64,000 bases of DNA. It comes from Paraspadella gotoi. Taxonomy: Eukaryota; Animalia; Chaetognatha. The DNA lies in NCBI GenBank assembly GCA_051294375.1, contig CM119270.1, positions 16,266,019-16,330,018 of the forward strand. The letters run 5' to 3'. Positions within the stretch are counted from its first letter, which is position 1, and every line of letters begins with the position of its first letter. The position numbers were made by a program, and so were the translations under genes. The notes under the pieces were generated by a model. It searched no databases. It was not told where the DNA came from and saw nothing but the letters and a program-made list of their open reading frames with translations. This document shows positions 41,801 to 53,880 of this stretch, piece by piece.

Positions 41801-44800
41801 GCTCCCTTCTCTCTCTCTTTTCATCTTAATTTTATGTAGTTTTCTCACTCTCAATAGATAAACGTTAAAACACAGAAAACGACTTTTTCTCGTAAAAAAT
41901 ATAAAAACTAAAAATAACGAAAACGATTGTCCCAATGTAAAAAGAAATAAAACTTTAAAAAAAAACGCAAACGTTTTTCCAAGTAAAAAGATTTAAAACA
42001 CCGATAAAACGACTTTCTAAAGTAAAATAATAAAAAAACGTTAAAATAACGCAAGCATATTTCCCAAGAGTAACAACTTTAAAAACAAAGAAAAACGCTT
42101 TCCAATGTAAAAAGAGAAAAATTTCTAAACACCGAAAACGATATTTCAAAGAAAAAAAAATAAAAACGTAAATACTCTGCAAAGAAATCATCGAAGGTGT
42201 TAAAAGTTGAGACAGTTTTAAACTTTTTTATCAAAAACAAACAAATTTCCTCCTTTATTTTTAGTCTCCTTCCTCTCTCTTTCCTTAATTTATGTAGCTT
42301 TCTCTCACTCTCAATAGATAAAAACGTTAAAACACCAGAACGACTTTTCTCTGTAAAAGATATGAAAACCTTTAAAAATAACAGAAAACGATTTTTTCCA
42401 ATGTAAAAAGAATAAAACTTTAAAAAAAAACGGGACAAACTTTTCCAATGTAAAAAGAGTTAAACCTAAACGACTTTCTAAAGAAAAAGTGATAAAAACG
42501 TAAATACACGAGACGATATTCCAAAGAATAACAACTTTAAAAACAAAAAAACCTGTTTCCAATGTAAAAAATAAAAATTTCTAAATAACACCGGAAAACG
42601 ATATTTTTAAAGAAAAAAGAAAATAAAAACGTTAATCTTCTGCAAATAACAATCATAGAGTTGTTAAATTGGGTGAGAGGACAGTTATTAAAATATCTTT
42701 TTATCAAAACAAACAAATCCTCTCTTATTTTTTATTCTCCTTCCTCTCTCTTTCTCTTAAATTTTATTAGCTTTTCTCCACTCTCAATAGATAAAAAACG
42801 TTAAATACACCAGAAAACACTTTTTCTCGTAAAAGATATAAAAAATTAAAAATAACAGAAAACGATTTTTTCAATTGTAAAAAGAAAATAAAAAACTTTA
42901 AAAAAAAACGGCAAACGTTTTGTCCAATGTAAAAAGAGTTAAAAACACGATAAACGACATTTCTAAAGTAAAGTAATAAAACGTTAAATACACGCAGACG
43001 ATATTCCAAAGAGATAACAACTTTAAAAACAATAGAAAAACGCTTTTTCCAATGTAAAAAGAATAAAAAATTTTCTAAAAACACGGAAAACGTATTTCAA
43101 AGAAAAAGAAATAAAGTTAAATACTTCTGCAAATAACATTCATCGAGGTGTTAAAATTGGTGAGACAGTTATTAAAATCTTTTTTAATCAAAACAAAAAT
43201 TCCTCTTTATTTTATGCTCCTTCTCTCTCTCTTTTCTCTTAATTTTATGTAGCTCTCTCTCACTCTCAAGATAAAAACGTTAAATACACAGAAAACGACT
43301 TTTCTCTGTAAAAAAGATATGAAAACTTTAAAAATAACAGAAAACGATTCTTTCCAATGTAAAAAAATAAAACTTAAAAAAAAACGGCAAACGTTTTTTC
43401 AATGTAAAAGATTAAAAAACACCGATAAACGACCTTTCTAAAGTAAAAGTGATAAAACGTTAATACAGCGGCAGACATATTTCCAAAGAGATAACACTTT
43501 AAAAACAAAAAAAACGCTTTTCCAATGAAAAGAGATAAAAAATTCCAAAAACACGGAAAACATATTTTCAAAGAAAAAAGAAATAAAAACGTTTAAATTT
43601 ACAAATAACATTCATCGACGTGAAATTGGTGAGAAGTTTTAAATATCTTTTATCAAAAAAACAAAGTCCTTGCTTTTATTTTTATGTCTCCTCTCTCTCT
43701 TTTTCTCTTAATTTTATTAGCTTCTCTCCACTCTCAAGTAAAACTTAATACACCAGAAAACACTTTCTCTGTAAAAATATAAAACTTTTAAAATAACAGA
43801 AAACGATTTTTCCCATGTAAAAAGAAAACTTAAAAAAAAACGGCGAAACTTTTTTCCAAGTAAAAAGAGTTAAAAAACACGATAAACACTTTTCTAAAGT
43901 AAAAATAATAAAATGTTAAATACCGCAGACGATATTTCCAAAGAGATAACAACTTTTAAAAACAAAGAAAACGCTTTTCCAATGTAAAAAAGAGATAAAA
44001 AATTTCTAAAACCCGGAAAACGATATTTTAAAGTAAAAAAAAAAAAAAACGTTAAATATTCTGGCCATAAAACATCATCGAGGTTCGTTAAAATTGTGTA
44101 GGACAGTTATTTTAAATATCTTTTTATCAAACAAACAAATTTCCTTGCCTTTATTTTTATGTCTCCTTCTCTCTCTCTTTTCTCTTTAATTTTATGTACT
44201 TCTCTCACTCTCATAGATAAAACGCAAATACACAGAAAACGACTTTTCTCTGAAAAGATATGAAAACTTAAAAATAACAGAAAAACGATTTTCCAATGTT
44301 AAAAAGAAATAAAAAACTTTAAAAACGCAAACGTTTTTCCAATGTAAAAGAGTTAAAAAACACCGATAAACGACTTTCAAAGTAAAAAGTAATTAAAAAT
44401 GTTAAAAACCACCGAGACGATATTTCCAAAGAGATAACCAACTTAAAAACAAAGAAACGCTCTTCCAATGAAAAGAATAAAAAATTCTAAAACACCGGAA
44501 AACGATATTTTCCAAAGAAAAAGAATAAAAATTAAATAATTCTGCAAATAAATCATCGAGGTGTTAAATTGTGAGGACAGTATTAAATACTTTTTATCAA
44601 AACAACAAATTTCCTCTCTTTTATTTTTAGTTCTTCCCTTCTCTCTCCTTCTCATTAAAGTAGCTTCTCTCACTCTTCAAAAGATAAAAACGTTAAATAA
44701 CCTCTGTAAAGATATGAAAACCTGTCTCCCGTCCAGAATCCGATTGACGCGTCCAACTTTATCCTCGAATCTTCGACAGCGGCGGAAATAGTCGATGCTG

Positions 44801-44838
44801 AAGAAGGAGGTGGTGATGACGACGAACGAACCCGTCAT
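38819..44838 (-). CDS. CoA-dependent acyltransferase / condensation-domain-like gene, copy B, interrupted near its 5' end by a satellite array
   Basis: The clean 178-aa ORF 39135..39671 contains LTAEQLDQLLRRCRHHQCKLHATLQAVVSLA, AMSTRGFANPPLADETIGVY and FWSFARSM, typical of the C-terminal lobe of alcohol-acetyltransferase/condensation-like proteins. Upstream are ALWRVKLL...VLVCTFH and DIVDGK. Confidence 0.65.
40367..44723. repeat. Tandem satellite array, ~9 head-to-tail units of ~470 bp with internal ~45-bp sub-repeats
   Basis: A ctctcaatagataaaaacgttaa-like marker recurs at ~40903, 41367, 41847, 42308, 42781, 43263, 43731, 44207 and 44673. The array is absent from copy A and flanked by direct repeats 40298-40366 and 44724-44795. 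Confidence 0.93.
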
Positions 44839-46187
44839 CCGAAACAGTTGAGTCGTTAAACCCATCACTGATTTTTGTTTTGAAGGATTTTTAGACTCGT
44901 TAAAAAATAGGGAAAAAAAAAGGGAAAAAGTTTTCGAAGAGGATAAGACTAAATGTGAGAGGAATGGACTTTAAACACTGAATCAAAGTTAGTCTGAAAT
45001 TATTTAATAATTACTAATAATTAACTATTGCTTAAATAATAACGAACCTAAATTTCTTTGTGAAGTAATTTGCAATCAAAAATTAGGACGTAACAATGAC
45101 ATGATCAACTCACCCTGAGTTTTTGTTTCCAAGCTCTTTTTTTTTTTTTTGGAATCGTAACAAACGAGTAACGGAAGTTGATTGATGCATTTATAATGAT
45201 TATATAATATTATATTATATTTATAATGATTAAATGAACAAACATTGCCAAAGGCCAAACGGTCAATTTTTTTTTGCCAACCTTCAGTGGAGGAGTCAAT
45301 GAAGAAGTTGAAATCATGAGCTTTCTCTTAAGCTTATTACACTTTAATCTTTACATCCAAACCCTTTTATTATCATGTTTTAACTTTCATAAAATTATAA
45401 TCTTTAAATTTTAGAATCAATTCACATTATTTTATACCATGAAAATTTGCAAATTACTTGTTTCACTATTTATATTTCATGAAGGATTTAGTATTTAATC
45501 TATATTATTTAAACAAATATATATTGCTTTCTTTTTTTAAAAAATGTTTCATTTATATCTAATAATTCAATTTGGGAAGGGAAAGTCAGTGTTGTCTTCT
45601 GGAAATAGAAGGAGCATCTATACAACACAAGGTTTTTCTGAACCTAAAATCGAATATTCTTTAGGCTTTCAGCTCCGATGCGTATTTTTTTCCCTCTTCT
45701 TTTCTCCTTTTCTTTTTTCTTCTCTTTCCTTTTTTTTCCTTTCCTCCGTTTCCTCCGGAAGGTCAAGTTTTCTTTTAATGTTTACCTCGAAATTCTGACG
45801 TCATCAATGCGACTGAAGAGGCCCTGGGGACTCACGGTCCCGTGAATACTGAGAGGAGGGGAAAGAGATGGTAAGGAGATGGGGAGGTGATGGGGAAGAG
45901 ATGGGGAAGAGATGGGGAAGCAATGGGGAAAAGATGGGGAGGTGATGAGGAAAAGATTAAAAGGAGATGGCGAAGAGATGGCGAAGAGATGGCGAAGAAA
46001 TGGGGAAGAGATGGGGAAGAGATGAGGAAGCGATGGGGAAGAAATGGGAAAGAAATGGGGAATATATATGAGGAGATGGTAAAATGATGGGGAAGAGATG
46101 GGGGAAAGGAGAAGAAAAAAGAGGTGAGCATGATGTTTAAAAAAGAAACAGGAGAGGAGGAACCACTAAATGCAGAAAAGAATTTTA

Positions 46188-46260
<73 letters not shown>

Positions 46261-47071
46261 TTCTCTCTCTCTCTCTCTTCCCCTTTTTCTCGAGCCGCTA
46301 ATATCCATATAATCCTCGACGCCATCATCAATCTTTATCAACGTCTTGTTATTAAACTCGAGGACGAGAGAGAATCTAATAAAGCCCCACGTGAAAATAT
46401 TTGTTGTTTTAGGGTCAAAAACCGGAGGGTGTTGTTGTTGTTGTCGTTGTTGTTGTCGTTGAATCTCGTCAAATGTTGTCGTCAGGGATGAGAAAAAGAA
46501 GAGCTGAGGGAGAAAATGGAAAACAAATTAGTTGACAAAGGAACGACTCGCTTCGTCTTATTTTTTTCCTACTGCCGAGGAGAGAAGAATAATAACTGCT
46601 ATTTATTTATGATGAAATGCGATTTAGAATTCCACGTTTTATTGGGACAAACGTTTCCCGCCAATTAATCAGAGTAGATTATTACATTTCGCTAAAGTTC
46701 ATGTTTTAAAATTGTTTCTTACACTAAGAAGTAAATTAATTTTTTTATCTTCAGTATTCAAGATTAGAATGCCGTTCGGGGGACAAAAACTCCAAGGAGA
46801 AAAACATAATTAATTTCGTCTAACGTTTAAAAATGGCTGCTTGGTGTAACAAAGTCGCCGTAGAAATCGCAAAAGGGAACGCATCAAATCAAGATACACG
46901 AATATAATTAAATAAATTAAAAAATTAAATTATGGATCAAAAGCCAAAAACGGATTTGGGATCCAGAGAAAAGAAAAGAAAATCCAAGTGAGATCTTCGA
47001 CTGGCATCTACTAACCTTTGACTATTGAATTAATTAAATATTTAATCGGGTAAATTAATTATCGAATCAGG

Positions 47072-50000
47072 ATGACCCTCTCGCTCTCATACGAGAGAGA
47101 AGCGTCGGAGGAAAACCTTTTGGTGAAGAAGTTGGGTGATAATTTAATTTATAAATAAATATAAACTATACTAATCTATATATAAACAGTTATCTTCTTT
47201 TTCCCCCCCCAAGACGAACGAACAATCCCGTTTCTTCTCCGTGAAAGAATTCTCTACCTCGAGAGAAACGTTGCGATCCGTTTGGGAGGCCGGAGTCACC
47301 AAGGAGTCGCTGTCCAGATGGTCGAGACGATTCGTCAACGCCGGCGACAACGCCAATCTGACCAGGCGCACCAAGAGCACGGTCGCGCTCTCCTTCGCCA
47401 CGGAGGGTTTGGCGGGAGGACTCGCCCAGGAGATGGACGAAAGCTTCGGTTAGTGAGAGCGAGCAGGTCGCTCGCATGAGTTTCAAAGATTTATACAACT
47501 GTATTAATAAATGAATTAATGTCCTTATTGCAGTGACGTAATTTTCGTTTCTTTTGCAAAATTCGAAAAATTCGGCTTTTTTTTGGAGTTTGATTGTATC
47601 TCAGTTGATATGAGAAATTAGCGAAATCTATTCTTTTAGCAACCCTCAGTCCAACGTAATCTCAGATTTCGGTTGGGAGGAAGACCGCATTACTTGTTAT
47701 CTTGTATTCTGTTGCATGTCATTTGCTATCGGATCTTGCTTCATCTTTGGTTATAACTTGTGCGACCTCAGCATCATGATAAATATACTTTTCTATCCAA
47801 GGTTTGTTGAAAAACGTGAAATATTTTTTGTTATTTATTGGAAATCATCAACATACCTCCATAGAATGAGAATTTTGAAACTAATTTCTTCGCAGATTTA
47901 CGGACAGAGAAGACAAAAACTCTGTGGATACCAGCGTGGCAAAACAAACAGTTTTTCTCTGGCAATTGACAATAGCTTCGTTCTTCGCCGGCTGCCTCTT
48001 CGGTTGCGTGGGTGAGGTGATAGTCAGCAGTGAAGTATTTAGAATAATTCGATAAAGTTTTTAAAGTTTTAAAGTTTTTAAAGTTTTTAAAGTTTTTAAA
48101 GTTTTTTTCCCGGCCAAAAAATATATTTGACAAACCGCGACAATTTTTTTTTCCCATCATGGTACATGGGCTAAGAAAGTTATTGTAGTCATGTAGTAAT
48201 GTCATGTCACGTCATGTCATTTCATGTCATGTCATGTCACAAAAAATATACGCGATAAGGCAGTTACTGCGGCGCAACACATTTGAATTACCGTTCTTGT
48301 TGATAAATACTTGGCTCAATTTTCTTGACAGGATCCGCGTTTCTGAGCGACCGTTTGGGACGACGAAAAGCGAATATCCTCAATCAATTTCCCACCATTT
48401 TGAGCGGAATTTTAAGCCTGACCTCTTTCTACATCGAATCTCCCGAGCTGCTTATCGTCAGCCGGTTCCTGGTCGGAATCACTGGTGGCGCTGGATTCAA
48501 TTACGTTCCTCTTTATCTCATAGAAATCGCTCCCACCAAATACAGAGGTAGAATTTAGTCTCTTTTGGATTCGTAATTAATCAATATGAAATCGTTTAAA
48601 ATCGTTAATTCTTCTTTCAGGAGGAATATCCGCAGTCGCGGCAATGACTGTCTGCTTCGGAATCTTGGTCGCTCAAATTTTATCGATGCCTCAAGTTTTG
48701 GGCAGCGAAGAGTTGTGGCCTTACCTCACGGGGTTCAATGTGATTCCTGCGAGCATTTCGTTGCTCCTTTTGCCCTTTTGCGTCGAGAGTCCCAGGTAAG
48801 TCACTTGAAGCCAACAATTGTGGAAATTACATGACGCAAAGTATTGATATTGCGACCGACTTTATTTTGATGAAAGCTAAAACGCGACGTTGAGGCAAAA
48901 TTTACAGATGACTTAACTATTTTTTAAATGATAAAATAAGATAGATAAGTAATAAACTATTAAAAAAAAAAAAAAATAAATAAATAAATAAATAAATAAT
49001 AAATAAATAAATAATAAATAAATAAATAAAATAAATTAAATAAATAAATAAATAAAATTAAAAAAAAAATTTAAAAAAAAAAATACGCCCTTATTTATTA
49101 ATTTTTGAGGTATCTCTACATCATCAAAAATGACAAGAAAGGAGCTGAGTCGGCCTGGCGCCGCCTGCTGGGCAGAGAAGACGTCTCCAATCGAATTAAA
49201 GAGATGGAAATTGAAAAAAAGATGCACGAATTAATGAAATACAGAATCGTCGATTTATTTTCGGACAAGAACACGCGATGGCCGCTTTTTATGGCTTGCA
49301 TATTGCGGGTACGATGGTTAGTCAGAATTCTTTTCATACTTAAATGTAATATTCTTGATTTTAAAATAAACTTTTCAAACTTGAATATACTATATAATCT
49401 GTCCTAATCGTCTTGTTATAATTTTCGGCCCCCGATTTCAGTTATTGCTTCATTGTAGCGGCGTTGACGCTATTCAGACATATTCTGGGATAATCTTTAG
49501 TGATATGGGTTTGTACATAAATTTTAAATTTATATAACAACGGACCATTTGCTTTTGAACAATATCTTCATCAGGTGTAAAAAAAAGCATCATTCCTACT
49601 GTAATTGTCGCCTTGGGATTGATTAATCTTATAGCCGTATGGACCAGTTTGTTTTACATTGACAAATTAGAGAGAAGAAAATTTCTTATAATTATTTGTT
49701 GTGTGACTATAATTAATTTCATCGTCTTGACTATAAGTCTAGTTTATGAGGTTAGTAAATATCAAATTAAATTAAAACCACATGTTTTTTGATAGGAATA
49801 AATATTTTAGCAAAGGCTTCCGCACGAAAGTAATAGAAAATCTTCAGACTACTCAAACAATGCCGGACACAAAAAGCTATTTTTAATGATCACTATCATT
49901 GGCTGTATTGTTATTTATCAAATCTGCACTGCAATCTGCCTCACGTCAATTCCTGCCTGCATATCGTGCGAGATATTTCAACAGGTTGCTTCAAGATGCA

Positions 50001-50696
50001 ATAATTGATTGACACAATTAGATTCATCGAAGTATCCAACTTGAGTCGCCAGACTAGTATATAGTATATACTAATATATATAGTATATACTAATTTCTTT
50101 AGGGAACCCGATCTGCGGCTATATCGTTTTCCCAAGCTGCGGCTTTTCTCTTCAGATTGATTCTTTCTGCTACATTTTTGTGGATAAAGAGTAAATGAAA
50201 TGATTAAGAAATATGAATGATAAAATGAAGAGGACTATATGTTAAATAATGATAAAAAAGAGAGTAATTCTAGGCAACACGAAAAGTCGATTAATAATAG
50301 GTATTTTAATGTAAGTTACGTCTAACGATATCATCCATTTCAGACGCGCTCGGTCCCTTCACATTTATTCCATTCATTGTCTTGATTGCTGTCATCGCCC
50401 TCTTCATTTTCATTTATGTTCCGGAAACAAAAGACAAATCGTTTAATACCATCAGCTCACAGGCAAGAAAAAAAAAGATACTACCGAGTAGTTTAAGTGT
50501 ATGACCATATTAGACCCCCCCAATGGTATCCAAAAAAGTCAATAATTGGAGCAAAAACCTAAAAAACTTACTCCTCAGATCCAGCACGGGCGACCAGTGG
50601 TTCAATGTTGCACAGGCGAGTCAAAGCCAGGCGATGCTTGACACGGTCAACATCAAAACGAATTTCCAGCATCTGACACGGATAAGTCTTGTTTAA
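47072..50696 (+). CDS. SLC2/GLUT-like MFS sugar-porter family protein, gene 1 copy B, 13 exons
   Basis: Exons: 47072-47122, 47214-47448, 47666-47801, 47896-48011, 48332-48547, 48621-48795, 49110-49308, 49442-49508, 49575-49750, 49811-49984, 50103-50190, 50344-50462, 50514-50696. Motifs: FGYN, DRLGRRK, RFLVG, EIAPTKYRG, ESPRYL, DKLERRK, EIFQQGTR, VPETKDKSF. Small indels occur in exons 3-4. Confidence 0.92.
48976..49060. repeat. (AAAT)n tract in intron 6 (copy A ~36317-36405)
   Basis: Visible tetranucleotide repeat. Confidence 0.9.
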
Positions 50697-52097
50697 TAAA
50701 TTTTTAAAATGTTAAGTGTAAATATATATATTTTGTGATTTTGTCAAGAATAAAGACAAGGATCTAAGTTATTGTCTTTCTTATACTGATTAGGTTTATA
50801 CATGGACTTTTTAATCGTCCATCACTATTTATAAAACGTTCTTGCTATAATTTTTTTTGCCTTAAAATTTAGGACTGTAGGTGTAATGTCTATATATAAG
50901 TCGCTGGCCGACGTCGAAAGTTTCTTCTTAGTACAATCTGTACTCAACTAGTGGCTGCGCCAATACATGTAAATCGCTTTCAAGGGCCTTAAACTGAATT
51001 GTTATTGAGGCACTAATAACATTTTGATACTTGAAAAAATATTTTATAAATAAAAAAAATATTATTTTTGCTATTTTCGTGAACATCTCGTAGGTGGATA
51101 TAAAATTTATTTTGAATATTTTTTTGTCTTACAAAAAGCCTTCTTCTTTGTAGAGGCTTTTTAGTAGAATAGGGTAAAAACACAAAAAAATTTAATAGGA
51201 CAGCTCTTTGGTTAAAAAAAAAGATTAAAACCTTTGGTAGATATACAAAAACTAAATTTTATTGCTATTTTGTATTTAAAAATACTCTTTTGTTTAAACA
51301 GCCATCTGGATTATTAGGATTAAAACACATAAAAAATAGCTATTTTGTATAAAGAAATGCAAGTGAAGATCTTATGAGTACAGACAGAAGAGCAAATTTC
51401 TATAGAAAGTAAAGAGAAAATGTTAATAATAGAGAAAATAAAAAACAATCCTCCTAGTAAGAAGGAAAAGTTAAATAGGGAAAAAATTTAAAAAAAAAGT
51501 GTACAATTTCAAGGGGTAAAAAAATTCGTAAGGGGTAAGTTTTTAATATTTTGTAAAAAGTCGGTATTTTCAAATAGCAATAAAAATCTTAAAAACTTAA
51601 TATTTAATAGGAGTCTACGTCGTTCTTAGAGATCGAGGAAGACTTTTTCAATTAGGGAACCACTATGGTTTAATTTTAAATATGGGTATCAAGCAAAATA
51701 TTTTAGATGTTTTGACGTTTATTTAACCATTAATTTTTTTAAAAAAAAATTACGTAATACGTTGTGATTAGTACATCGAAAAATGGTTGTCTCAGCCGAA
51801 TAAAATTACACGTACAAAAGTGCTCTTCCTTCTCCTATAGAAAAAGAATGTCTTTTTCCTCACTCTTTATATAGAAAAATAAAAAGCTTAAATATATCAA
51901 TCAATTGATATAAAAAAGTTATTACTTGCTTAGTGGATATTCGCTGCTTAACTTTACAATCACATTTAGGTTGCTTGGTCGGTCTGTCTGTTGTCTGTCC
52001 ACTTATATTTTAAATACGAAAACCAAAACTTTTTAGATACTAACAATTAGGTCCTTTAATCAAAAGGTCAACGTGATATAAATCATCTAATACATAG

Positions 52098-53780
52098 TAG
52101 ACCTCCAGAAATATCATACATTATGAAATTCCTGATACCTGCAAAGTTTCTTGTGCCAAATTTAGTGGAGAAAACGAATACTACAATAAAAAAATTTCCC
52201 GGAGCTTATTGGATTTTCCACCGCCAGTTTTTGCGTCGAACCACTTCCGGTTTTAAAAAATTCAGATTTTTTGAAAAAATGAGCTGTTTTTCCAGCCAGC
52301 ATACTTAAATTAATCTAAATAAAGTTACTTAATAACCTTAATATTACATTTTTTTTATTTGGTTTTATTATTAAGGTTATAAAAATATTAATTACAAAAA
52401 GGCTTCAAGTTAAAAATTCAGAATTTTTTAAGCCAAATTGGCCCTAACCAAACTACTCACTATTTTAATAAAATTTACTATGTGGTTAAACAAATATAAC
52501 TGTCAAAAGGATATTGATATTGGCCTTTAAAAAGTTTACCAAGTGATTCAAAAAGAAGTAGCGGAATTAGATGGAAGGCGACTTGCCCTTTGCAGCTAGC
52601 AAGCCTCTCACTCAACCCTAACCTAAACCGGCCCTAAACAAACCTTTAATCTTAATCAGTTCCCTAGCTTGAAATCTAACCTAACCCAACCCTAATGTGG
52701 GCTTCTTGTCTCACCCAAGTCTGAATCTTAACCCGAGCAACCTCTCTCTACCTAACCAAGCTAGTGTACTTCCTGCTGAACCTTAACCCCAAACCGGTCT
52801 CGATCCAAACTCTAACCAGTATCCCTGGCTGGTAACATCTGCAGAGAGCCACTTCCTTAGCCCTAACCCTAATCTAGGCCTCCTGTTTTAAATCATGCTA
52901 GAACCCTAACCCCTGCATCACTCCAGAGACTCTCTACCAACCCTTACTTCAGCCTGAGGTTCACCACTGAGCCTCAACTGAGGCATCCCTGCCTCCTGGC
53001 CATCAATAAGGCTAAACTTATATTTAATTTCCTTCCCCAGTAGCTTCCTAACCCTAACCAAGCTTCCTGTCCTTTTCTGAGCCGTCCAAATTGCACCTTA
53101 ATCATGACAACTGGTCAAATAATAATTTTGCTGTTAGCTTGTACTAGGACATTAAGATTAGGGTTGAGGCTTGCAAATAATAAAAGGCCTGGCTAAGGTT
53201 TAGGTTGGGGGAGAGGTTAAGGGTTAAGGTTGAGTGGGAGAGCTTGCAAGCCACAAAGACCAAGCGACTTCTATCTAATTAGCTTCTTTCTTTTTATATC
53301 ATTTGGCAAACTTTAAAGACCCATATCTTGGCTTAAGGATTAAATATTAAAAACCCCTTAGAGAGTTTCTCTTGTATTACCAAATCATACTTACCAATAA
53401 ATTCTTATTAGAATTAGTTAGAGTAATTTGGTCAGGGACGATTTAGCCTAAAAAAATTAATAATTTCTAATTTTAAGTATTTCATAATAATAAATTTTAA
53501 ACCTTATTTATAAACCACAACAAAAAACTTAGTAATAAGGTTATAATAACATTATTTTGATTAATTTAAGTATGCTGGCTGAATAACAGCTCATTTTTTT
53601 CCAAAAATTCTAAATTTTTAAAACCGGAAGTGGTATGACGCAAAAACTGGCGTGGAAAATCCATCAAGAGCATTCAGGGATATTTTTTTATTGTTATATT
53701 CGTTTTCTCCACTAAATTTGGCACAAGAAACTTTGCAGGTATCAGGAACTTTCAAAATGCATGGTATTTCTGGAGCTCTA
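52098..53780. mobile_element. Non-autonomous hAT-like fold-back DNA transposon with long inverted arms
   Basis: Termini TAGACCTCCAGAAAT ... ATTTCTGGAGCTCTA. Inverted arms run ~52098-52625 and ~53215-53780, with higher identity in the outer ~220 bp. Flanks ATACATAG (52090-52097) and TTACATAG (53781-53788) form an 8-bp TSD with 1 mismatch. No transposase ORF. Confidence 0.85.
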
Positions 53781-53880
53781 TTACATAGTTATACTTAATA
53801 AATGATTAACCATAAGATGGTTGTGGTGAATATGTTTTATAGAATAGTCATATGTAAAAAAGTGTTTGTGGCGTTCGTGG

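Larger units (their letters stand above)
38119..50644. repeat. Duplicated block, copy B (with 4.36-kb satellite insertion)
   Basis: Collinear with 29787-38083 except for the insert at 40367-44723. Confidence 0.95.

Noticed and set aside
40848-44673. Repeated Phe-rich hydrophobic ORFs on the minus strand
   Set aside because: Translations of the T-rich strand of the satellite, with frames inconsistent between units.
47072-47122. SEENLL as a GLUT8-type dileucine sorting signal
   Set aside because: Spacing does not fit [DE]xxxL[LI], and gene 2 has no acidic equivalent.
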